Shown here: piece by piece, positions 40,391 to 53,658 of the stretch
Layout: each line of letters starts with the position of its first letter
Numbering within the stretch: the first letter of the stretch is position 1
Source: Ginglymostoma cirratum
Taxonomy: Eukaryota
Reading direction: 5' to 3'
DNA length: 64,000 bases
NCBI GenBank assembly: GCA_024137785.1
Contig: JAHRHZ010000111.1
Location: 25,099,298-25,163,297 of the forward strand
The notes under the pieces: model-generated
What the model was told of the DNA's origin: nothing
What the model saw: only the letters and a program-made list of their open reading frames with translations
Database searches by the model: none
Translations under genes and position numbers: made by a program

Positions 40391-40830
40391 GAAACATTAA
40401 CTCTTGCAACCATAACTTTGTATTTTTATAGGGAACTCACAGCACCATTTTTCAGTGTCAACATGTTTTCCACAATTAATCTCAACTTCACTATCCTGTA
40501 ATTTCAAAGGGAGTCCACTCCTTCGTTTTTTGGTTAAAAAATAGGTAAGTGTTAAATTCCACGTTCCATTCTTCTCAACATTTCTATCAATTTCTGATTA
40601 TCAATTGCTGTTGTCCTTAATATTTTGCCCTCATATCCTGGAAAATTAACACCCTACTTCTTAGAGGAAACCAGTGGATTATTCCATGGAACTAGAATAA
40701 GTCCATGAAGTTAAACCACTCCACAGTCAGATGCTGAAACTGGAAGCCAGTGTTTATCCACCAACACTGTTTATTTGTATCTCTTATTCAATACAAAGAC
40801 TGATTTACTCATTCCTACTTCCTCATCCAG

Positions 40831-40953
40831 GGATAAAAGGTACTGCAGATGCTGGAGAATCCGAGATAACAAGGCGTGGGGCTGGATGAACACAGCAGGC
40901 CAAGCAGCATCATAGGAGCAGGAAAACTTGACGTTTCGGGCCTAGACCCTTCA
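40831..40953 (-). mobile_element. Short Penelope-like pLTR insertion with hammerhead motif
   Basis: Minus (A)TGATGA-AGGGTCTAGGCCC-GAAA-CGTC. TSD tcatccag at 40823-40830 and 40954-40961. Confidence 0.8.
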
Positions 40954-42136
40954 TCATCCAGCATGATTCTGGGAAAACCAGCTCCTTTTCTTTGAAAACC
41001 CACCACCAAATCACCCAAGTGATGACTTGAACAAGTTATAAATAATACCAACCAGGGGCAGTGCAACAGTAATAAAATGATGGAAGAAGGAAAGAATGTA
41101 GAGGCTAAGTCAAAATGGAGTTGGAAGGAGAAATAATTAAAACCAGCCTTTCTTTTCCTTTTTCTTTTATATCCAGAGATGTTATTACACACAAAATTAG
41201 CCCTTTTATTTCTGTTTATTTTTCTTTTATATTCAGAATTGTTATCACACACAACTGAGTGACATTCCCACCATTAAAATCATCATGACCTTTATTCATA
41301 TTTTTGTTTCTTTTTAATTTTTAAAAAAAATCCATTTAACCTATTTTCTCACCAACCTATTCAGTGATGTTATTACATGACTCTGGAGCAGGTGGCACTT
41401 GAATCTGAAACATTATATCTGAGGAAAATCCTTTTATTTTGCTATGACTCTTCTGATGCCTACAAAAATTTTTCTCATATTTCTGTTGAATAAGATAATG
41501 TTTTTAAACAGGTTCATGTTGGAGACTGCATTAAGTTCCACCAATCTGATGATATCACACAGACTTGGATGGGAATAATTCCGAACAGGTTAAGTCCATG
41601 TGGAGTGCAGCCCTGTATATGCAGGTCTCCTCACAGTCTTGCCAGCAATGTTCATCTTGCTAATGTAACTTGCGCCTGTTTGCTGTAATGCAATTAGTAA
41701 CATTTTGATCGAGTCATCAGCCTCTTCTCATTGAGACTCTGTTGGTGGCAGCAAACTACCCAACCATGTGTTGTTGGTATCCCAAAATCAACTACAACAA
41801 AAAACTTAAATTGTTCAATCATCTCTGATCTGTCACTGAAAAAGAGATTTAGAAACTCCTCATTCCTCAAATATTACCCCCCCTTTAAACATTTAGCTTG
41901 GCTCTGGTCTGAAGTCTATTTCTTTTCCTCACCTTACCGTGCATTATGATAATTGTCCCTGGATTAACCACCTTGCTACTTCTCACAACAATCATATTCG
42001 GGTTCAAACCATACCTTCCTAACTGGTCTGGAGTTCTCAGCATCCATTGTATCACTCTGATTGGGCAACTCATACTCATTGGGATCCCTATTACTAACTT
42101 ATTGTCTCTTACCTCAATCAGTAATGTCTAACTTCC

Positions 42137-42460
42137 AGAGTCATACAGCACAGAATCAGACCCTTCGGTTCAATTTGTCCAATCCAACCAAGTTTCCCAA
42201 ACAAAACTAGTCCCATTTGCCTGCAACTGACCCATATCCCTCTAAACCTTTCTATTCATGTACATGTCCAAATATCTTTTAAATGTTATAAATATACCTG
42301 CATCTACCACTTCCTCTGGAAATTCATTGCATATACAAACCACCCTCTGTGTGAAAACATTGCCATCTCAATTCCCTTTTAAATCTTTCTCCTCTCACCT
42401 TAAAATTATGCCGCCTGGTTTTGAACTGCCCAAACATAAATAAAAGACCTTTGCTGTCTT
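42137..42460 (-). mobile_element. HER1-like CR1 LINE 3' end
   Basis: agagtcatacagcacagaatcagacccttcgg...ccatatccctctaaacctttctattcatgtac...; reverse complement of the family at 2800-3140. Confidence 0.85.
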
Positions 42461-42708
42461 CTCAACATTACATCTAGATATTACAATATCCTTAAGCTTC
42501 ATAAATTCTCTCATATTAGGAAAACCTTCCTGGCCCATCTCCTTTATTGTTACATATCAGTATTCACTCTTCTGGTATGTTCTTTTCCCCTACCCACTTC
42601 TCTATCTCTATTTAGTTATGATGATGGAAGAATTGTAGCTCTGACAGAACAGAGGTTGAGAGTGCATGGTACTATCTTCATGTCCACTGCCATTATGAAT
42701 ATAGATTC

Positions 42709-43062
42709 GGAGAATCCATACAGTGCAGAAACAGGCCATTTTGGTCCATCAAATCAGCACCAACCCTCCGAGGAGCTCCCCAGACCTAACCACCCACCCT
42801 ATCCATTTATCCCCACATTTCCCATAGCTAACCCACCAAGCCTACACATCCCTGGACACTATGGGCAATTTAGCATAGCCAATCCACCTAATCTGCCCAG
42901 TTTTGGAATGTGGGAGGAAACCGGAGCGCTCAGTGGAAATGCACACAGACATGGGGAGAACGTGCAAACTCTACATGGACAGACAGTTGTGCAAGGCTAG
43001 AATTGGACCTGGGTCCCCAACACTGTGAGGCAGCAGTGGTAATCACTTTGCCATCATGCCAC
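42709..43062 (-). mobile_element. HE1-like SINE
   Basis: Homologous to 2402-2714 (gggcaatttagcatagccaatccacctaa...tgtgaggcagcagtg). Confidence 0.85.
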
Positions 43063-43844
43063 TCTGTAATGAAACTTATTTCCACTCCTTCATAAAGTCC
43101 TGTCTTATTCCTCTTCCTTTAAACTGTTTTAATTCATAAGAAGCACTTCAGTCAGTACCTTTGCATATACTGAAATTGTTCACTTCTAGGCTATTTAATT
43201 ATTGATCTTTGAATGCTCCTTCTCCTATCTTCAATCTTCTTCAAGCTTCAATCTATCCCAATTATTCTTTTTACCATCTCCACCAAGAGATTGATATCAG
43301 TGCAGTTTAGCCCTATTTTGATTAAGCTTCTCTTCTCCCAAAATTTACCTCATGTTCCAAAGATCAAAATACTTTTCCTCCTGTGTCACATTTTTTAGCC
43401 ACACATTTTCCTGAATAATCCTACGCTGCCTATATTGTCCAGAATGTGTAACTAAGTAATCCAAAAATTTGTCCTTTCCTTAACTTCCAGTATCCAATAT
43501 ATTTAATGTTTTTCACATTTTAAGCAACCAACCCTGTTTGTTCCAATGCTGACTATTCTGTCTTAACCTGCTACAGTGCTCCAGTGAAGCTCATTGTCAG
43601 GTAAGTTCCTTTAATTTCTCTCGTTTCCCTAACTTTGATGAAAACTACTTTGCCATTCATACCTCCTCTAGACATCTCTTAGTTTTGTTAATTTTACCAC
43701 TGTCAAAAACCTTTTGTCAATTAATTGACCCTGCCCTCTGCACAATCCTTTTCTTCTTCCTACCAGTCTTCTTCCTGAAATTTGCTCAAAACTTGTTACT
43801 TTTCTAGCTTTCCTCCGTTCTGATGAAGGTCACAGACCTGAAAT

Positions 43845-44196
43845 CATACAATCCCTGCAGTGTGGAAGGAGGCCTTTCAGCCCATCAAATCCACACCGAC
43901 CCTCCAAAGGGGATCGCACTCAGACCCACGCCACCACCCCCAACCCTATCCCTGTAGCCCTGCATATCCCATGGCTAATCCGCCTAGTCTGCACATTCAT
44001 GGACACTATGGGCAATTTAGCATGGCCAATCCGCTTAACTGGAACATCTTTGGATTGTGGGAGGACGCTGGAGCTCCAGGAGGAAACCCACGCAGACATG
44101 GGGAGAATGTGCAAACTCCACACAGTCACCCATGGGCGGAATTGAATCTGGGTCCCTGTCATACTGAGGCAGCAGTGCTAACCACTGAGCCACTGT
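43845..44196 (-). mobile_element. HE1-like SINE
   Basis: Homologous to 2402-2714; head end gaggcagcagtgctaaccactgagccac. Confidence 0.88.
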
Positions 44197-47100
44197 GACA
44201 CAGATATTAGCTGTTTTTCTCTCTGCATTGTTGCTGCCTGACAGCTCAGCTTTTCCGTCATCTTCTGTTTAAATACCAACAGTAGTTGTGGATATCAATC
44301 ACTAAGAGGCACTTCAAATAATGCTTAAAATCTTGCAGATGATTAAGCTATTTTTTAATAAAGTATTTATATAATTTAAATCACTATTCGAATTTGGATA
44401 ATGCATAAATCGAATGAACTTTTCGTTTACAGGAAGAGCAAAGGAGTGTTGACTACTGGAAGCAGGAAGAAAGCTGTAAAAAAGGTGAAATGGCGCAGCA
44501 CTAAAGGATCAAAAATCAAATAAGTGCTGTCGTAATGCCACAACATGAATAACATCAACAACACTAGCCCAGATCTTCAAGTCTTTGGTTGATTCGGAGA
44601 CCAGTAACACCCCAGAAGATGAAAAATGATCCACTCTGCAGTGCCAATGCAAGGATTCTGCTGTTATTGCCTGGAAGGTTTGAACTTCTAAGGGGTACTG
44701 CCCAAATTTTATAGCACCTTCTGAACAAGTATCTAAATGTGAGTTAGAGTAGTAGACTTCAAATAGTTCAAACTTTGTTCACAGCAGGAGAATTGTACCA
44801 AGTCATAATGCTTATTTGGAGTACTGGTGCAGACAGGATGGGCCAACTGGCCTCCCTCTGTTGACAAGGAAGACAATGGGAGGTCCACACGGCCTCTTCC
44901 AAGAAAATCCCCCTGGATCTTCTGCTAATCAAGCAAGTCCAAGGACATTACAGGGGCTAGCTCTGGAGTTGTGTCCCCAGGAGTAGTAGTCCTAGCCACC
45001 ATGAGCTGCCAGCCAATCAGAAGTGAGTAGCTCCTGCACTTGACAACACTGGGTTGGAGGCCAAGGCCAGAAGACCAAGCCTGGAGTCCCAGAACCCAGG
45101 CGTGAGATAAGTGATGTGTGTGTGGCATGAGGGACATAGAGTGGAAGTGTTCATAGGGTGAGGCTTAACGAAGATTGTTTCAGGGACAGAAATAACGGAG
45201 GGGGTGGCTGCCATTAAAACCTGCCTGCTCGCTGTCCATGTCCTCCATCAGGCACTAAGTCCCTTTGATTCAGTGCCCTCATCAGTTGGCAACCCACACT
45301 CTTTCTGCTTCTATACCTCCACATGCAGGCAGGCCCAACATGAACAATGAGTTATTCATAGTAGCAGCATGAAAAAGTCCTTAAGTGGTCTCTAATGTTT
45401 CAGCTCATGGTATCAATTGACAGTGGAGCAGGAAGGCCATGGATCTTCCTGTCCTGAACATTGTTCTGCTTGACATTAGAAGATGGCCAAGATTAGTTAC
45501 GCCATTCAAACATGCTCCCCCCTTCCTTCTTCACCACTTCCAGGAGCCAAGGATTCAGCCCACAGATTCCAATACTGATTGGAAGATCTGGGCCGTTATA
45601 TTGGGAATGCACTTGTAACAATTCTTCTCAGTGACAACCGGGCAGACTACTGAGTAAAGAAGAAATGTACTCACTTCTCACAGAATAACATCATTTAGTA
45701 TATATAGCAACCAGGAAGTGTAAGTATGCTAATAAGTATTCATTTTAAATTACAATCGTTCACAATGAATCTTTTATACTTGAGATAAAACTCAGAGGAG
45801 TATTCCATGAAGTAGACTGTGAAAATGAACAGCTTTAACAAAGGTCTTTACAATCTCTTCCAAATGGAAACAACCCCAAAAGCAAACTCTTTTTGTCATT
45901 TTCTTTCAAAGAATAGCATTCAAGATGAGCACACCAACAACAAATTAATTTCGGAGAGTTTCTGATTTCAGCACACTGTGGCAAACATTATTGAATAGCA
46001 ATGACCTTTGACAATGAACCAATCACACTGGCAGAGATCACAAGTCCTCCCTACTTTGTGATACTTTTTAACGTTAGTTCATAGGGAGGACTTATTATTT
46101 AAAAAGTAATACTTTTTAATGGGACTAAAGTATCCAACAGCTCGGCAGCAATTAATTTATTCACCAAATTTTGTTTTGTGAACTAAAAGCTATAGAATAG
46201 ATGAGAGTAGACTTTAGTTTCCAAATATGCATTCACAAATTGACACTGACATAACAATGGTTTCATTAGAACAAGAAGATACTGCTGTGCGGATCACAAT
46301 TTCAGAATGAACAAAAGCAAAACAACAAATAAGGAGGCAGAAATCATAATTCCAATTTAAAAATATATCTAATATTAATTTTTTTTAATTTTAGAGATGA
46401 ATTGGGACCCCAAAAGATGGAGATACGTGTAGATTGAAAAGTCGCTGCTATATATCAGACGGATCTGAATATCAATGCACCTAAGATATAATTGATGGTT
46501 AGTGAGGGAAAATTCCTCTGAGGTCTGAACTTCTTTTCCAAAGTTTCATCTTCCACTAAATTATTTTGGGATATCAGGAGAACTCCCGGGAAAATTCCAG
46601 ACAAACACATACTTTCACAGGAATCTAGATTGTTCATCTGGCTGCCCTTTCCTCAAACTTTTGCATTTGACCTTATGTCTCGATTGTTGAGTAAACATAT
46701 TATTACAACGATGCTTAATGATTTGAAGAATCTCTTAGGTAGGAGTTCATTGAGAACACCTAAAAGTAGGAGATTTTATGTGATCGCAAATCAGCACCCT
46801 GATGTGCATCTCTCTTGGATTTGATTTCCAATGAAGTCAGGAATGCTATAAAACAGGCTGCTAATTTGCTCTTATCAATCTTACACGATTGCCCAAATTC
46901 AAAAACACTCCCAGAGGATTACAGTTGACGTGTCTGTAAAAGCTGAGATCTGAGACCAGATCTTTAGACAAAAAGCAGGGGGTTTGACTTTTATTCAAGT
47001 GGTACTTTCACAGGGCTGAAATCCACACCAGGTCTTTGGAACAGCCAAGCTGCCAATAATGACACTGATGCTGGTTGCTGGCATGGTGCACAGCAGGGAA

Positions 47101-48019
47101 CAGATGTCCCAGGCTATCTACCGGTATTTCTGACGTTTAAATGAGAAAAGAGCAATTGTGACAAACTCTCATTAGATTCTTCCTCCTCCCAAAACTAGCA
47201 CAAGGGATATGATAAATGAAGGATTTATTGGAGCCAAAAGCTGGGGGGTGTCTTGTACATGCAACACACAAAACATTAAGGATTTGAGGGTTAAAGATTG
47301 GGGCTCAACTCTCTGACAAAATTGACTATTATTTGAATATATACAACACTCAAAAAATATGAATTAATTGTGCATATGGTACCTGGGAAATAGCCAAACT
47401 TTCCCATTCCCAAAGTGTGTTACAATTTTCTTTGTTTCAACCTCTTTGTGTCCATTTGTGGTAAATACCAGAGCAGCTAAAGGTATGCTTCAAAGTCCAT
47501 GACCTTGAGTTCAGCTTCTGTCAGATTCCCTTTCTCTTTCAGTATGCAATTGTCAGGAAAGGCAGAAGAATCTCCTGAACTAGGGAACTCAGATGAGAAA
47601 ATTGATATTCTTTCACTCTGTGATGCACACCGATGAAATGAACCACTAACCTTTGAAATGAACCTTTAGAGTCAGCATTTTTAATTACCTTAACTTGTAG
47701 GTGTTTACTGTCTTTCTCAACCAGTCAGAACACATCTCCCTCAATCCATCATGTCGCTGCTAATTAATGCAAATGAGATAGAAGCACAAAAGTGAGAGGT
47801 TCTGCTCTACTGATCATATTAGTGTTTCTTCCAATTGAAATTTGGATATCCAAACAAGGAATAGCAAGTGCCTGAAGACTCAAATATTCCTATGACTTTC
47901 TTTTTCAAAGGACATTTCTTATTTTTGAGTAACATTCTAAAATCTCAGTTTATCAAATGTTATCTTGTAATAGCATCACGTTTTAGTATTAATAGTACAA
48001 CTCATGTTTAATCTACTTT

Positions 48020-48320
48020 CCAGAACTGGGGGGCACCTATTTTAAAATAAGGAGTTATCCTTTCAGGACAAAGATGAGGAGATTTTTTATCTGTTCCCGG
48101 GATTGTGCAACTTTGGAACTCTCTGCTTCAGAAGAAGCTGGAGGTGGAGCCAATGAATATTTTGAAAGCAGTGGTAAATAGATTCTTATCAGGTAAGGGA
48201 ATCAAAAGTTATCTGAAGTAGGTGTGAAAGTGGAATTAAACAACACACAGATCAGCCATGAACTTGCTGAATGATTTGAGGGATGAATGGCCTACTTTTG
48301 CTCCTATTTCATATGTCCAT
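48020..48320 (+). mobile_element. CR1 LINE 3' end
   Basis: ttcaggacaaagatgaggagatttt...tggaactctctgc...agatcagccatgaac...gaatggcctacttttgctcctatttcatatgt. Confidence 0.75.
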
Positions 48321-48459
48321 ATTTTAATGCCAAGGTATAACTGAATATTGCAGTACCAATGCAGCATACATTGTATTAGTCTGTAGCAGATGCATTTCAG
48401 AGCGGTCAATGTCGCTTTTTCTCACTGCTTCCCCCTCTGCATTTATGTCCTTGACACCA

Positions 48460-49095
48460 ATAGCTTGACACCATCCAGGACAAAGCAGCCTGTTTGAGTG
48501 GTACCAAATCCATAAACATTCAATCACTCTACCACCGACGCTCAGTAGTGGCAGAGTGTACTATCAACAAGGTGCACTGCAGAAATCCACCAAAACTCGT
48601 AAAACAGCACGTTCAAAGCTACTCCATCTAGTAGCACAAGGGTAGCAGTAGAATGAACTTCCAGAGAAAATGCTGATGTGGGTAAAGTTACAACATTTAA
48701 AAGCTTTTTGGATAAATACATGAATAAGAAATGTTTGGAGGGCTATGAGGCAAGGCAGATGGGACTAGTTTATCTGGGATTATGGATGACATGGTCTGGT
48801 TGGACTGAAGGGTCTGTTTCCATGCTGTATAACTCTATGAGATATGTGGAACACCATAACCTGCAGTTCACCTCCAAGCCACTCACCTGGCTTGGAAATA
48901 TATCACCACTCCTTCAGTGTCACTGGCTAAAAATGCAGGAATTTCCTCTCCAATGGCATTGTGGGTCAACTTGTAGCAAATGGATTGCCATAGTTCAAGA
49001 AGACAGTTCACCATCACCTTCTCAAAGGCAATTAGGGATGGGCAATAAATACTGACTACGCCAGAGATGCCCATATCCCACAAGAGAATTTTTTT
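48460..49095 (+). mobile_element. L2/CR1-group LINE 3' end with nested HER1-like fragment (~48650-48842); further tail at 49200-49310
   Basis: Homologous to 28700-29145; the nested piece ends catgctgtataactctatga. Confidence 0.8.
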
Positions 49096-50357
49096 TAAAA
49101 AATTCTAATTTTAGGCCTATTGGAGTTAATTTTGGTATGGCCCCTGTACACTGGTGAGAGCCCACCAATCAAGTGGAGGGGAGGTGCAGGAGGACCAGCA
49201 CTGCAGCAGTGCAAGAAGGCAGCTCATCACCACCTTCTCAAGGACAACTAGGAACAGGCAATAAATGCAGTACAGCCAGCAATGCCTACATCCCACAAAT
49301 GAATGAAAACAAAATACAGTTACACCTCAGTTTGGGTTTGCGCAAAATGTTTACTGCCCATTGGAATACTAAAATTACAACAGTTCATGGACAATTGATG
49401 TTCCCGCCCAGTTACAGTGAGATCACTGGGTGCTTTTTTCCCCAGCCTGCTTCAAAATCAGACTGCAGCAGACAGCAGTGGGAATGGAATCGGGATCTCA
49501 GCACTGCAGAGTGATTTTGGTCTTGCTATCTCTCTATGCCTGCCAACATGATAATGAAAACAAAGTTGGCTCTATTAAGTCAGTACTGCAGAGTAAGAGC
49601 CAGAAACTGGGAGAAAATTGAAGGCTGACCAATGGCTGGCTCATTCTTACACATTACCTGGCTGTAGAACAAAATGTGACATCAGCAAAGGCTTGGGAGC
49701 AAGAACTTTGATTGTTCCAGTTGCTACAGATGGTACCTGACCCCAAGTACCCAAATAATATCGGTACATTAGGATCAGAAGTAGGCCATTCAGCCCCTCG
49801 GGTCTGCTCTTAGATTCAATTACGTTCTGGCTGACCTGCACTTCAACTCCATATCTCTCGATACTCTTACTGAACACAAATCTATCACTTGAAAGCTCCA
49901 GTTGTCCAAGCATAAAGACACATTTTAAAAAGTCTATGCTAATATATTTGCATTTCACATTATCTTATTTTTAAAAAAAGAGATTCGTCAATGACGTTGC
50001 ACACTCCGTGATGTAGCAGTTGGCTATCGAGTACAGCAGAGTCCCAGTTTGATTCTGTGCTGAAGTGACTGATCAAACCTGGGACAACAGTCAAAACAGG
50101 AAGAAATAAAATAGAATGACGCATTAGCCACAAGACACAGTGCAGTATGACAAAATGTTTGGGCAAAGGAGCAATAAAATGTTAATTCCTGACCAATAAG
50201 GGATGTTAAGTTGAAGGCACATATTTTTCCACAGTGGGAGTAAGGGAAGTGGTGAGGGAGCCGTGAAGGTGCTGATGGAATTCAACTTATTTCCTTCAGG
50301 GAGGAGGTGGGCAGTAGAGCACAGAAAACCCAAAGGTCAGCTTAATGTGAAGTCTGC

Positions 50358-51519
50358 AGAGACTTAACTGTGTAACATGTAACATCACTGACAGATTCCC
50401 TGTCTGGAAACAACCTTGAATGACAGGGAACAGTTGTGCTGGGATCAGATCGAAGAAGGTCATAGGACTGGTTAGGTCTATAGGCCAACTGGAAGTGAAT
50501 CAATTCTGTTGGGGTCATGATTGTTGGCAATGAGAGGTGTTCAGAGGCCAATTGTGGAGAAGTGACAGAATGGAAAGCTCCTATGGAGGTGACAGAATGG
50601 AAAGCACAGGCCTAAGAAGAGGGTGAATTGAGAAACCTTGAATGGTGTGAAGTGGAGTGGACAGAAACAGTAAAAAGGGTGAAGTGGGATTCTTGTTTGA
50701 CACTGCAAGAGCACCAGTAAGTTAATGACTGACTCTCAGATAGGTTTGGACTGGGTGAGAGTTAATAATATTCTGGATCCTGATTCTAATATACCCCTAA
50801 CCCACCCATTCCAGTTCTATCAGATATGGAACTGGGTTGGCAGACAGCCAGGCTGCTCACAGAAGGCAGGTAGTCACTTCAAGTTTTAGTGAGTCTCATC
50901 TCAGATGACTTGATTGCCTGGGACTCTGGAACCTGCTTGTTAAACCTAACTGAGGGGCTGCTGAAACGGGAAGCAAGTGGCTTTTGACTCAGCTTTTCGA
51001 TCCAGGTATGCCCACCTGGGCAACCTCATATGAGGATGCCACATTACACTTTTTACTGAGATTGCAAGAACGGCAGATGCTGGAGTCAGAGATAACAAAG
51101 TGTGGAGCTGGAGGAACACAGCTTATGAAGAAGGGTCCCACCCTGAAACGTCAGCTTTCCTGTTCTGCTGATGCTGCCTGGCCTGCTGTGTTCCTCCAGC
51201 TTCGCACTTTGATGCTTTTTACTGTTTCTCTCTATTCCACTCCTCACCCATCCAAGATTTCTTGGTTCGCCCTCATGCTGTAGGCCTGTATCTTCCATCC
51301 CCTCACCTCACCAGAAGCACTGCTCTCCCCATTTGGCCTCTGATCACCTCCCATCGCAAAGACCATGACTCCCAACAGAACTGATTGACCTCCAGTTGAC
51401 CTAACTAGTCCTATGAACTTATTCGATCCGATCCATGCCTAACTGCTCCCTGTCAGTCAAAGTTGTTTCCAGACATGGAAATCTGTTAATGATGTGACAT
51501 CACACACAGTTATGACTCT
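50358..51519. repeat. Long imperfect inverted repeat / fold-back element
   Basis: Left arm ~50358-50695 is the reverse complement of ~51030-51058 plus 51215-51519, e.g. tgtctggaaacaac / gttgtttccagaca and agaaacagtaaaaag / ctttttactgtttct. Confidence 0.85.
51059..51214. mobile_element. Palindromic Penelope-like pLTR insertion with hammerhead motif
   Basis: (A)TGAAGA-AGGGT-CCC-ACCCT-GAAA-CGTC at ~51125-51152; inverted arms; 10-bp TSD ctttttactg at 51049-51058 and 51215-51224. Confidence 0.8.
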
Positions 51520-53542
51520 AGAATGGAATTGACAATGGCCTGGGGGTCAGCCACCCACCTTTGGAAGGAAATTAGGGTAAAGACACACAGCAGGAGGAGT
51601 TAAAAAAAGAGAAATTAATTTTTCAAGACAGTAAAATAAACCAATACTTACCAGAACATCATTCTTCAGTAAGGTATTAGCATCCACACTGATGCACTGA
51701 GCTTTGCTTTGCCTTGGGGCATTCTATTCAATGATGAAAAATGCAAGTATGTGCTGCCATAGAAATATTCATTGTCCATTTCAATCCATTTCTGCTATGC
51801 ATTCACATTGGTGCACCAGAACTTCTCTTGCATTCCTGCCAAGGCATGTCACAAATGCAATTCAAGTTCTAAGATTATTTCTTCTTCCCCAAGATATATA
51901 AGCAATGGGCTGTATTTGATACTGAGAAACTTATCAGTTAGCAGACCCATCAATGTCAGACGTGATGATTTTTTTAAACTCTAAATTGCTCTTTACGTTT
52001 CATTGTGTTAATTTTCTGTTTACCTTTAATACTACAGGGCTTACTGAAATACAGTTCAATGGGCAATTCTGTTCCTGTCAAGCCTCTTGCATGTATTCAC
52101 CTATAGAGATCGAGTGTTATGTGACTACTTGATCCAATTGTACAGCATTGCTGTGCCCACTTTTTTTGCACAGTTGGCATTAGCACACGCTTCCAGCAGG
52201 CATTGTTGGATGGCAGACAAAAGCAGAAAGCTTTCCCAGTTTTCCTCTCCTGCACGCAGAGCTGTTGCAATGCTCTCTCTGTGATCATGAACCCTGGGCT
52301 TTCTCTGACTACATGACTAAATACCACATCAAGATGGTGTATTTACAAAATTTCCCATCTAAGGATGTGGTAACTACGATTCAAATTGTAAGCTACACAA
52401 ATGCTCAAGAGACCGGGACACATCACCTGAAAATTAGAACAATAAGCTGCTGTTCTTGATACACCAGACGTTTCATAAATGACACCTCCTTCCTTAGCAG
52501 CTTACTTCAAAAGAACCAGACCACAGCAGACAAGGAAAAGGGAGAGGCCAATGAAAATGAACAAACTTCTCAGCAAAAAAAATGTTTTTGTTATGTTGCA
52601 CATTAAATACTAAGCCCATTCTAGAAGCAGGGACGTATGATGAAATTATTGATGTTCCCAGATATAACAGTTAATTTATTCATGGCACACGACCTTTTTT
52701 TTAATCTACCCTCTTTTCAATAGAATTTGGTAATGTTTTAATATTGCAGACATTATTTACATTGCAAGGAAGTCTTTGCAACTGCCCTGCTAAGCAGCGT
52801 TGGTTGGGATTTTCCTGTCTACCAACAGAAATGCTACATTACTTTCTCAAGCATGATTGTGTGATTGTTGTTAACCACTTGGTTGCTGATTTCACTGAAA
52901 CATCATTGTTTTGGGATTTTTTGTTTTCATTTTTATAACCTTTCGTAATCATCATCCATTTAAATATATGTTGCATTCGATACTACATTTTTGGAAGGTA
53001 TAATTTTCACATTTCCATAAAATTGTAACCAAAAGAAATAACAGAATCTACAACCAAAAAACTGTGCCTCTAAATAATGGTTAAAATATTAAATTGAAAG
53101 CCTACTGTATCTGAAAGCATCACTGCACAATCACTGCTGATTTCAAAAAAGAAGCAAACCAGATGGAGAGGCGTGTGATTTCCTTTTCCCCCTTCCCATC
53201 TTGTTCTGGTTTTACAATTTATCTAGCTTCCTTTCTTGTCAAGGTACTGCTGCCTGATTCTGTAATGCCTCATTCTACTTCGGATTGCAATTCTTCGGCA
53301 ACTAGATCACTATATGCATGATCTAACTGAATGGCAAATGGGCCTTTTACCCACAAATGGAGATAGTGAAGGCAAAAATAGTCCTGATTCTTTACTTCCT
53401 GTGAATACTCATGAAAGAGCAAAGCAGATAATACCAAAACAGTTAGTAATTTGTTTTTAAATTGAAAGAAAAGACTGAAGAAGATGAGGAAATCTCAAAT
53501 GTTCAAAGTCTCCAATAGAGCTTTTATTTGCTTGTTCTGTAC

Positions 53543-53658
53543 CTGAAGTCGTTTGGTGGCGTGATTTTTCTTTGGTCCACACTTTGCTCTTCTGAGCCTG
53601 TTACAACAGCTGTGACTCCACGCCTGCCGATTCACCAGTTTTCTTCTGAATTCATTTT
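53543..53658 (-). other. Probable upstream (5'UTR or N-terminal extension) exon of the same gene, 116 nt
   Basis: About 90 nt of AG-free pyrimidine-rich tract ending ttttccatag|AAAATGAATTC, and donor CTTCAG|gtacag. Lies in a TE-poor island on the same strand as the coding exons. Confidence 0.7.

Larger units (their letters stand above)
41850..44270 (+). mobile_element. Heavily decayed Penelope-like element with three nested insertions, ending in a hammerhead-bearing pLTR
   Basis: Endonuclease remnant ctgctacagtgctccagtgaagctca (LLQCSSEA) near 43570. CTGATGA-AGGTC-ACA-GACCT-GAAA at 43820-43843. The pLTR resumes after the SINE at ~44205. 5' boundary uncertain. Confidence 0.55.
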
